From positions 21,824,001 to 21,888,000 of the forward strand of contig OZ316775.1 in the NCBI GenBank assembly GCA_973851085.1: a stretch of 64,000 nt of DNA, in the 5' to 3' direction. This stretch comes from Ptychomitrium polyphyllum. Its lineage: Eukaryota. A model generated the notes under the pieces. The model was given only the letters and a program-made list of their open reading frames with translations. It made no database searches and was not told the DNA's origin. Below are positions 13,747 through 24,235 of the stretch, piece after piece. Position 1 is the stretch's first letter. Each line of letters starts with the position of its first letter. Position numbers and translations under genes: made by a program.

Positions 13747-14344
13747 TGTTGTAGACACAAAAAATAAGAAGCGAAGACAAAGTGTTTTTCAAGAATTAGC
13801 TTCCAAAGAGCTAATGATTAACAAGAACTGATACAAAGACTAGAGCAAGGCAGGATACATTATGATCCACAGCTTGTGTTGGCAAGACTAAGGTATACCT
13901 TGTCTTGCTTCTTATTTATACTATGACGCTTGTATCTCCTATCATACTTCTGAAGAAGCTTCCTACCAGGCTTAAGAATGTTCTAGAAGTCAATGGTATT
14001 ATCCAAAGAAGTTTTTCAAGATGGTGGAATCTTCATAGGAAGTTTGTTAAGGAAGTAGAACCTTCCAAAGAAGCTTCTTAAAGAGATGGAACCTTTATAG
14101 GAAGTTTCCAGAGGTGATGGAACCATTCTAAGAAGCTTCCCAAAAATATGACTTCTTATAAAGTTTTCCAAAGAATTGCAACCTTTCTAGGAAATTTCCT
14201 ATAGAGGCGGAATCTTCCAAAGAAGCTTTCCAAAGAGGTGGAATTGCTATTAAAACATTGAAAGTATTCTAAGAAACTACTAAAATATATCAAAAGCTTC
14301 TAGAATGTTCTAAAGACTATCTTGCATGATCTATGTTCAAAACA
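13747..14344 (-). mobile_element. Gypsy LTR (family A), probably solo
   Basis: TG...CA termini, homologous to 11628-12105. It interrupts a sequence that is contiguous in the paralogous copy at ~11370-11627. Confidence 0.8.
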
Positions 14345-15820
14345 AATCATATCATTTTGATTCAAATCCCATGAATACAAAAACCTTCAACTATTACAAG
14401 AAAATAGGAATTGTAAAACATCTACTTTTAGGTGACAAACTCATCTAACATAGACTAAGGCATTAGTATCTATATTAAAAGATTTGCACATTCTACTAAA
14501 AAGGAACTATTGTTTCAAACATGAGGGACTATTTCTTTACAAGTACACAAATTCAACCTCACCTTTTGCTCAAGCCGTTCCAATGCACAACAACATCAAG
14601 CGGGTGTTGCTCTTTCTTCTCCAATTCACTTCAATTTGAACAATATAAGCCTTTTCTGTTGTTTGTCAACACGGTTAGCTAGAAATGAGATGGATTGCCC
14701 ACCAATGGTCAAAGAATTTTCTCACTTCAACAACAACATGTTGCACTTTGAACATTTGGTACTTGTTTTATAATACTTTTTATTTAATCATTTAATGGCA
14801 ATGAAACAACATCAAGCAACACAACCTGCAAACATTTGATAGGCTTCAAAAAAACAATCTTCTTTACAACAAAAAATGAAAATATAATATGCATAAAACA
14901 AATCATTTGATTAAATGTAAAAGGTAAAATTGCATCTATATATAAAACTGATTAAACAACAAAGGAGCTACAATGAAGCCAAATATGTAAACAGTGAAGG
15001 ATGTGAATTGCAATGCATCTAGAATTGTTGCAATTTTGTTGGCTAGGTTCACTTGCTTGGTATAGCCATTATATGTGCATCGAAGAAGGGGAATTTTTGG
15101 TCATGTTGGGTTCCTTCATACCGAGAACATGTCAAACATACTTCAACTTTTTTAAACCGCAAATAGCTTTTAGCTTTAGGAATTATTCAAAGAACCCTAT
15201 CTAATGATGAAAGAAAAGAGTTCCTCCAAATCTTCCAAAGCCTACACCTTCCGACCACAATTATTGTTGACGGCAAAAAGTGACATGCATGGCTGTATAC
15301 AATTCACAAACATAGCATAGACTAAGAGTTCTTCTTTGGATAGCTAGCACAATGTCCAAAACTTTCACCAAGAACATAATATCGGAAATACCATCGTTGG
15401 AGCTTGCCACCGGTGCATGTATGTACGCTAATAAGGGGATGAATTGTGGAGGCAAGAACAATGGTAAATCTCCTTGTACCCTTTCTCCACTTTTAATGCA
15501 AGATGGGGTGCATGAGATTGTGATGAATTCGACTCTTCGCGTTCTGAGATGACCACTTTCTAGACAGAATTCATCGCCGTGGGAATCCGGGGAGAAACCG
15601 GTGGGAATGCACTGAACAGGCGAACCCCCGAATTTTCAAATCACGGTACTCATCAACTCCACCTCGAGTGTGAACGGGGCAAATGTGCTCCGCAGGCGCA
15701 CAGCGGAGTACACAGCACAGAAACCCCTACAGGGCACGTCAATCCAAGGCAGGTGTCCGATCCGGGGCGGTGTGAACGGGGCGCCCCTCCAGCCCCGGCG
15801 GCAGCGTCAGCGTCAGCGAA

Positions 15821-15829
15821 TTAGGGTTT
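15821..15829 (-). promoter_or_regulatory. Telo-box (AAACCCTAA) upstream of the GIP1-like gene
   Basis: TTAGGGTTT lies ~400 bp upstream of the ATG in the GC-rich 5' region; also at 40347-40355. Function untested. Confidence 0.4.
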
Positions 15830-16223
15830 CGAGGGCTCTGGGAAGCAAGCACGCACGCGAGCACTGGGGGGCAGGGCAAGCAAGTCTCCCGCCCTGGCAA
15901 CGCTCTCCGACTGTTTCCATTCCCGTCTGTCCAGCCACTGGGTGGCCCCTTCCGAGTGCCATCGCAGCCCCCCAACACCCCGGCAGGCCCACGCCCACTC
16001 TCATGTTCCGTCGCTGCAGTCTTGTGATCCCCGTCGCTGGCCCCCCGCTCGCACTCAGCCTCGCACGGATCCCACGACCACAATCACAAATCCTGTTCCC
16101 GACCTCGCGCGCGGCAGCACTGGGAGGCGGGGCGGCCACCGGCGAGGGAGCCCATTGCTGCTGAGCACGCGGGGTCGGCCCGAGGCGGGGCGCGGGGGCA
16201 CTGCCGCTGCGCTGCACGGCACC

Positions 16224-19200
16224 ATGAGTACCGTCGGCCGAGGGGGCGGTGCGGCCGTGGAGATTCCGGCCAGCACCAAGAAGGTGGTGCAGGACCTCAA
16301 GGAGGTGGTGGGCAACAGCGAGGAGGAGATCTACGCCATGCTCAAGGAATGCAACATGGACCCCAACGAGACCGCGCAACGGCTGCTCAACCAGGGTACG
16401 TTGTTTGCGCTTCCGCTGCCCGTGCCCCGTCGGGCCCGATCGTTTGCCGCTTTGATGTGCGCGCAGCCTCGTTCGCTGGTGGTGGTGGATGAGAGCGCGA
16501 GAGTGGGATTGGCACGGCGGGCATTGGTCCGCGCATGGGGCATGGTCGCCCCTGGGCCGGTCGAGGGCGAAACCCTTGTGTGAGGTGAAAATGTGCGACG
16601 AGTGACAGGTCCTTGGTCCGGGGCATTCGAACGCGGAGACGGCGTGGGTGTGATAGAGCGGTGCATCATCTGGGTGGGAGGAGGATGGTTGCAATAGTGA
16701 GCGCTTTTGATTCAGTATCATGTGGTCGGTGACGCATCACGCCAAACCGTCATGTTTTGGTCCCGCATTTAGGGTGGTAGCGGGCGGTGGGTGAGGCGGA
16801 GCAGTCGGGGTTTTTAGTGGCACTGGTGGGGCGCCTGAGGACATTGAATAGGCTGGGACGGGCCACGATTTGTTCGATCTTGGTCGCATGGGTCGATTCT
16901 TTAGGGCGCGGTGCCGACGCTGGCATTTGTTGTGATCGAAGTCGAAACCCATTGGCGATGTTTTAGGTTTAGGGGTATGGTGACGTCGCAGCGGGCCGAA
17001 GCCCGGGCGGGTGGGGCGGTAGAGGCGTGGGGTTGAGGGTTTGCGGAGGGTGATGTTTTGTTGTTGTTGGTGGTGGAGGCTGTGGGTAGAGTGGTTGATA
17101 TGTGTATTTTCTTTTTGGTTGATTTTGCAGGAGGTATTGGAGCTGCACCTTTTATGTCCCCACGGCTGCCTTGCCATATGCGGGCCTTCTTACCCGTTTT
17201 TGGGTTTTGGGTTGTTTTTCTTGTTTCCGGGGATTATGCATTGTACGAATCCGTGTGGCGAGGATGCGGTGTGGGGTGAGGTTGAGGGGCGATGTGAGTG
17301 GGGCGAGGTTCTAACGGTGGGCTTGTTTACGTGCGCGTGATGGTGCAGATCCCTTTCACGAAGTGAAGAGGAAGCGGGACAAGAAGAAAGATGTGAGTAA
17401 TTTGTGAACCTGTGAGGGGGGTGTGGTGGTGTAGAGGGGATGGGGATGGTGGTGCTGACGCGGCGGTTTGCGTGATGGTGGTGCAGAGTGGAGGATCGAA
17501 GGAGGGGGCGGATGTGAGGGGGCGAGCTGGGAGCGGAGGTAATTATGGGAGGGGAGGTGGACGCGGCGGCGGCGGAAGAGGGAGTTCGCTGCCTCGTTTC
17601 GGGTCGCAGGGTGAGTGTCGTGGGCGACGGACACAGCAGTCTTGCGATGGTGGAGTCCGATCTGCATTGGGGACCTGGTTGGGGCTTAATTTGTTGTGGT
17701 CCCTTAAGAGGGACGGTAGAGAGATCTCTGGCCGTAATGTGTGTGTGGTACCCCGCCACTGGAGGTCCATCTGGGACGCTTCCATGGCGGAGGAAGGAGG
17801 GACGGTATGATTGGTGCAGCAGGGAATAGGTATCTTGCTGTGTTTTTGTGGGAGTGTTTGCTGGTCTACTTTGGAGCGTGGCGAATGGAGTTGCTTAGGG
17901 CTGTGGCGCCGGGAAGGGTCAGTGGTGTGTTTGGGAGTGAGCCGTGTGTTGTGGGGGCATAATGCCTTGACTGCTGCAAGGGTGATAGTCATTAGACTCG
18001 AGGTTCCGGGCATGCATGTTCCTGGTCACGTAGTCGGTAACAGAGGCCTTGTGCATTCCGTTTGTCCTCAGCGAGCGTGTCCTTGAACTGGGGATACGCG
18101 GATAGACATCTGGATGATCTGTGAGGTCAAGAGTTATGGTCAGAGAGAAGAGAGCGGAGGGGTGGAAGTTATGCACCGATGGTGAAGTTTGTGTGCGGTG
18201 TGTTGGATTGGTCAGAGCACGGCGGAGGCCGAGGTCGCGGTTACGGAAGGGATAACGGCGTCCATCCAAGCTCACGCGGTTCGGGTGCAGTTTCGAGCTC
18301 AGGCCCTGCACATGGTCAGGCGAAGCCATCATCAGCCGCGCCGGCGTAAGTGTCTGATGATGTCCGTAGGTGGTTGGGGTTCAGGCAATGGACGCGTATG
18401 CACTTACATTCACTGAGGCCGTCCGCGTGTGCATTGGCGCAGTGTGGCTAAGGGATGGCTCCCATGATGTTTAATGTATGTTGATTGCAGTCTAGCACGG
18501 TGCCATTCCCTCTCGAGGTGCCAGTGGGGGAGCATGGAACGGATTCGCGAACTGACACAGCGTGGTGTTGGGGGATTGCAGGTCTGCAGCACCCCCAGCT
18601 GCCCCTCCAGCAGCCGCTCCATCAGCGGCTCCAGCACCACAGGCTCATGCCCCGAGCGCAGGGAGCGGGAGCTTTCCAGGAGTGGCGAACGGGAGCAGTG
18701 GGTATGTGAGGCCTGCTCCAGCCCCACAAGGAGCTTGGGCGTCTGGGCACGGTACAATGGCGGACCTTTTGAAGGCGCAGGCAGCTCCTCCACCCAGCTT
18801 CCAGGCCCCGAGCGCAACCCTGCCTTCCCCTGGCTTCCATGGCGCACAAGCGTCTGTGAGCCCCTCATACCCAGAGGCAGCGCCATCCGTAGAGTCTTCG
18901 GATGCATCAGAGTTTTATTCGTCCAGTACGGACCCCGTGCTACATTCTTCTGTAGATTTGCGTAGCGGAAGCGCCCAGAGCGCAATTGGAACGGTGGGCA
19001 ACCAGCGACCCATCGGTGATCGGCCAGTAAGTACGTCGAGCGTAGAAATGAGCTTGGGCACAGGTGCAGCAGCGGCACAGCCCGCCTCCGCGGAACCAAG
19101 TGCGGTCCCAGCTGCTGCAGCAGCAGTGGAGTTGAGAGATGCGGAGGCGCAGGTCGAGGTGACCGCTGTGAGACCTGCTTCTCCAGTATCCGTGATTTCG

Positions 19201-21888
19201 CCAGTGTCGAGTGAGGACCTGAGTGCGGAGGAAGCGGGAGCAAGCCCGGATGGTGGGAGCGGGCAAGGGCAGCAGTCAGGAGGGCGGAGCGTACTGGGCG
19301 GAACTCAGTACAACGGTCAGCCGTTGTATGCACCCCCGCTTCAGCCCGTGGGCACGCAGAAAGGTACTGGTTGGGAGTAGCGGCGTTGGGTGAGCAGTTC
19401 TGATAGAGCTGCGTATGAGGATCAGTTTGGGATGCGGCATTGTGATGTGATTTGGAAGCAGTTGGGTCCAGTGTTTTGAGTTTGTGCAGTGACGAGCGTT
19501 TGGTTTTATGGCGGTTGCAGGCGGTGTGGGTTTGGAGTGGAAGGCGAAAGGGCCAGGGCAGAGCTCGGTAGGGGCGTCTTTGGATGGTGGTTCGCAGTCC
19601 CTGGGTGCGGTGGACCCGACGATGATAGTCCAGTCGTACCAGGCGCTGAACCTGCAGGATGACGAGCCGGTGATAATACCGACCCACTTCCGGGTACCGG
19701 AAGCAGATCGGTCACATCTGAGCTTCGGGAGCTTTGGGTCGGACTTCAGCACGGGTTTCGGGACGAGCTTCGGGCTGGAGGAAGTGGAGAAGACGAAGCA
19801 TGTGGAGGCGATCGCTGCCGAGGAGGCCCCTGTGGAGCAGGCTGCAGCCCCGGCGAGGTGAGAGGCTGTGAGGGAATGTGCGACCGGTGTGTGCATGTTG
19901 GGGGGCGTGTGGCGGGGGTTGCGGTAGTGTAGGATTGCAAGATGAGATGAGTGCTGGCGCGTGGGATGTGAGGTATGTTGGTGTTTGTCGGGTGACCTGA
20001 TGTTGGAGGGCGTGATTCGTGAGTGCAGCGCGGAGACGCAAGTGGAGATGGTGCAGTCATATGGGCATCAGCAAGGGCAGACAGCGGTGGAGAACATGAG
20101 CGGGAGTGTGGAAGCGGCATCGGTGGTTAACCAGGGTCCCGTGGTTGCAGCACAGGCGCAGCACCTGAAGCCGGATCCGGTGGTGCAGCAGAGCCCTGGT
20201 TATTTCCTGGGAGCGTCAAACTACCCGGGGTTTGGGCTGATGCCACAGATGCCGGGCGGTCAGTACGGGTATGAGCAAGCGGAGTCGCAAGCCCAGGACG
20301 TGTCTCGGATTCCGAGCATGGGGGTATGTGTCCGGACGATTTGGGAGGCTGTGCGGGGTGTGTGAAACAGGGGCTTTCTGGTTTGGGTGTTTGCTTGCTG
20401 CTTGGCATGGTTCTGACTCCCTGTGTTGCTGCCAATTTCTGGGGTTTGGTGTTAGATGGGGGAGGTGTGGTGAGTGGGTTTCGGGGATGCTTGGGAGTTG
20501 ATGGGCTGACGTCGTGGGGAATTGGTAATGCAGCAGCCCGCGTATGAGCCGACGACGAGTTACTACACATCGGCGTTTCGGGGGGCTGATGCGGATCGGC
20601 TGTATCCTCCATACGCTCCTACGAACACGAGCAGCAAGTACAGTGGGAACATTGGCCTGATGACGGCTCCTTCGCTGCCATCTTCCCAGGAGGTGAGGTT
20701 TGCATTTGGGTTTGGTGTTTGAGCGGTGGTGGCGGCTGGGGACAAGTTGGGAGGGAGAGCGAGGTTTGGGTGGGCGAAGGTGTTTTGGATGGATGTGGGT
20801 ATGTGACATGGGCGGTGGTTGGGATGTGCAGGGTGTGAATCCGATGATGGTGTCTGCAGGGCCGAGTGCAGCACCAAGTTCGCAGGCGGGAAGCAACGTG
20901 CAGAGCGCACAGGCGATTCCCCAGCAGGCTCTGCCGATGCACTACTCGCAGCCGCCGTCGGGGCACTTTGGGAATTTCGTGGGGTATCAGTACGTGCCGC
21001 AGAGCTACCCCTACCTGCAGCCTCCGTACCCGCACCACATGTACAACTCGAGCAACAGTGCATACGCGCAGCCGCCGGCGGGGTCGAGTTACCCTCCGAC
21101 AGCAGGCTCGTCATATCCGAGCGGCGGAGCGACGGCGGTGAAGTTTCCGATGCCCCAGTACAAGCCAGGGGCGGGGAATGCGCCTCAATCTGGGCCGGGG
21201 ATAGGGTACGGTGGGTACACGACGACACCTTCGGGGTACGGTTCGAATCCTGCGGTGACGACGGGAAATGCGTCCGGGTACGAGGACGTGAACACGTCGC
21301 ATTACAAGGACAACACTCTGTACATTCCGAGCCAGCAGGTACAGGTGCTGCTGTGGCCGCTGTGAGGGGCCGTTTGGGGATGGAGCCTGGTTTTTGGATG
21401 TCTTTTTGTGTAGTTTTCTAGCGGACAGATATTTTTGGTGGCGTTTGGTTTTGGTGCAACGAAGGTGTTCTATGGGTGAGTTTCGAGTGCGTTTGGAGAG
21501 GGTGTTTTGGTGGGGGGGAGAGGTGACTGGTGTGCGCGTGTTTGTGGGTTGGCAGCAGGGAGATAGTTCGACGGTGTGGATCCAGACGTCGATGCCGCGC
21601 GACATGGGGCCGTCGGGGGCCATGCAGACGAGCTCATACTACAACTTGGCGAGCCAAGGGCAGCACAGCGGGTATGCACAGCACTCTCAGCAGCCGACGC
21701 ACGGTCACGCACACCCGAGCGCAGCGTACGCAAATCTGTACCATCCGTCACAGGCAGGGCCAGCAGCGAGCCACCAGATGCTCCAACAGCCGCAGGGCAT
21801 GGGGGGCGGGGCTGGGAACACGCAAGCAGGAGCTTATCAGCAGCAACCGCAGCGGACACAGCAGACATGGAACAACTCGAACTACTAA
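16224..21888 (+). CDS. GBF-interacting protein 1-like / DUF1296 (N-terminal UBA-like; UBAP2/lingerer-like), ~960 aa, 10 exons, copy 1
   Basis: Exons 16224-16395, 17349-17392, 17487-17610, 18216-18345, 18582-19363, 19521-19857, 20029-20323, 20534-20692, 20832-21338, 21556-21888 (2883 nt, in frame, GT-AG). Hallmarks: IPASTKKVVQDLKEVVGNSEEEIYAMLKECNMDPNETAQRLLNQDPFHEVKRKRDKKK, an RGG region, EWK, VIIPTHFRVPEADRSHLSFGSF and a Q/Y/P-rich C-terminus. Confidence 0.92.
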
Positions 21889-22607
21889 GCGAGTGGTGGC
21901 GGGTTGTTGTCTTGTGGGAGGGTCTGCGAGGAGCAGCAGTAGTTTGGGACGCCAGCTGAGTGGGGAGACGGATGTCCGAAGAGGGCATGGAGGCGGTGGC
22001 AGCGGAGCAGGTGGGGTTCTTGTTGATTAGGCAGGTTAGGGTAGGCCAGGAGGGGGCCTGAGAAGAGTGTAAATACAAGTTTGACTCGAGCGGTGGCTGG
22101 ATGCGTGCGGCGGGGTTCGCGGGTTGGGGAGGCTGCAGGCATGCAACTCGATGACGGTGTTGTCATATGGCGGTAGACAGAGACTGGTGCGCAAGCTCCT
22201 ACTTTTCACGATAAGCTTGACATATGCGCGGACGAGTTGAGCTACTCGTTTTGGCAGTTCTTGGGATGCCTCTGTTCCATAATTTTAAATTGGTAGCGTT
22301 ACACATTTGTGGTGTTTTGGTCACGTGGACATGGTGGTTTTGTTCGGGTTTGCGTTCTGGTTGTGAGTAACGATGTGGCGAGGGTTGTTGGCAGCACAGC
22401 ACAGTGGTGCGTTGCAATAGTGAGGATCGCGAGCGTGGAATGTGTGGGGGTCTGGTATCCTGGATGATTATGCATTGCGTGTGTGGTTGTATTGTTGTGG
22501 TTTCTGTTGTTGTGTTTCGGTTCTGGATGGACCCAAGTGCTATCCTACCAACAGTGGGGTATGATAAAGTTCACTATGCGCGGGCTTGTACAAATTTGTA
22601 AGGAGGT

Positions 22608-23079
22608 TCACTCCAGGTAGTCAGACAAGGAGGACCTAGCGGTACCCACGAGTTTCTGAAGAGCATCGTCCGCCCACTCCACTTGCTTCCGACCTTCCCT
22701 GCGCTTGTGTTTCGTGAAAGCTGCGGTGAATGGGCCATTCTCCACCCGACGCAAGTGCGCCGGCTCCACGTCGAAGAAGACAGGAATCACTGATTTCCCA
22801 CTTTTCGTCATCTCCACCAGTTCACTCAGGCACCACGGTGAATCCGCGTATACTTTCGACACTGCTGCAACGTGAAACTTTCGCCACTTGCAAGGCACCA
22901 TCGATGGAACCGGAAGAAGAGCCCCGTTGAGGAAAGATTCCTTGCCAGGAAACGGATTTAGCCCAACGGATCTGAATGCATCATCCAACTGTGCATCGGG
23001 GTCAGACACAGACCTAAACTTTATCATGGATTGGTTGTGTTTGTCTGGAGGCAAATTTTTGTAAAATATCAGCAGCCAT
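22608..23079 (-). pseudogene. TIR-domain (TIR-only) gene, probably pseudogene, copy 1
   Basis: LDDAFRSVGLNPF...HVAAVSKVYADSPWCLSELVEMTKSGKSVIPVFFDVEPAHLRRVENGPF..AF.KH...W..AL is a TIR domain. The likely original start MAADILQKFASRQTQPIHDKV (ATG 23079) is out of frame and the beta-A segment is missing. Confidence 0.8.
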
Positions 23080-23689
23080 CTCTGACGGTGGAACACATAT
23101 TCAGTAGGAATTCTGGTTACTGAAGAGAAATCGGACTTTAATCTCATGATGTTCATGAGATTACCCTTTGCTAAAGAGTTCAAAACTGCTATTTGCTTCA
23201 ATGTTGTTCAATTTTACTTCGATGGTTAAGGAAACCGCGCAGTTCAGCAGCAGTGAGATATCCATGACTCGGAAATCTGAGATTCTATGAAGGTCAGAAG
23301 TGGCCTAACTCCGGCTGTGAATGCACTGAAATCAATACTGCTTTTCCTTATCAGAATTCCAATTTTCGCAGAGGTGCTTTACTAGGCAATTCTCGAACTG
23401 CAAAAGCAGCGAGATGGGCTACTATACATAACCATCAGCTCAATCTCCACACTGACTGTTTTGTCAGAATAAGTGTATCCTACGTCGAAATGGAAGTATT
23501 AATCCAAAGTTGGTGGGCGATTATTGCCATCTAAGCCGATACGATATTCTGATAACTCGAAGTACTTTTGTGTTATGGAATTTTTTTTAGCCGAGTTTTA
23601 AGTTACACCCCTTTTTGATGTATATTGTAGGTCTAGTTATAGTTTGGGTATGTGATATTTGAAGATTCGATTTGTTTTTACTGAGCTGC

Positions 23690-24235
23690 TGCTATTGTAA
23701 GCACAATTTTGTCTAGATTTTATAATGGCATGTATCAAGCTACCAACTATATGAGAATAGGGGTATGTGTTTGTAATCTCTTGTTTTACTGAAGGAGTCT
23801 CGAAATGATAAGTCAATCTTAGGCCAAATCGCATTGGTGTACAAAAAGGATCACAATATAACATACTGGTTTCAACAAGTTCAGATGTTGAATGCTTTTG
23901 TTGGGGTTAAATACTCTAGCCTTGGAGCCTATTTCTAAAAATATGTGTAAAAGTATATAATGTCATACATCATTGCAAGTTCCTTTTGAAGAATCTCTTG
24001 GATTTGTTGAACAAGATGATTTTTATTGCTAACTACAATGCCATTATCAACATAAACAATTAGAATAGTAAATCCTCTATTCTTTTTTATTTATTTTTTA
24101 TGCTGATATTAGCATCAATATCTTAGCTTGTATAACCTTGTTGAAGCAAATATTTGTTGAGATCGTTTGGATGCCAGAGGAATCAGAGTATCCTTCAATT
24201 GATTCATGGATCGAAAGTAGTGATGGTTTCGAAGT
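23690..24235 (-). mobile_element. Ty1/copia reverse transcriptase remnant, copy 1
   Basis: ILIVYVDNGIVVSN (YVDD-like, ~24030-24070) and YPYSHIVGSLIHAIIKSRQNCAY (copia PY..IVGSL.Y....RPD motif). Confidence 0.75.

Noticed and set aside
11628..14344. A single full-length LTR retrotransposon bounded by the two LTRs
   Set aside because: No matching target-site duplication, gag/RT are absent, and the second LTR sits within a duplicated host segment.
15579..22417. Many long overlapping ORFs, including the antisense 302-aa and 425-aa frames
   Set aside because: By-products of high GC and G/T skew over the spliced GIP1-like gene; no recognisable domains.
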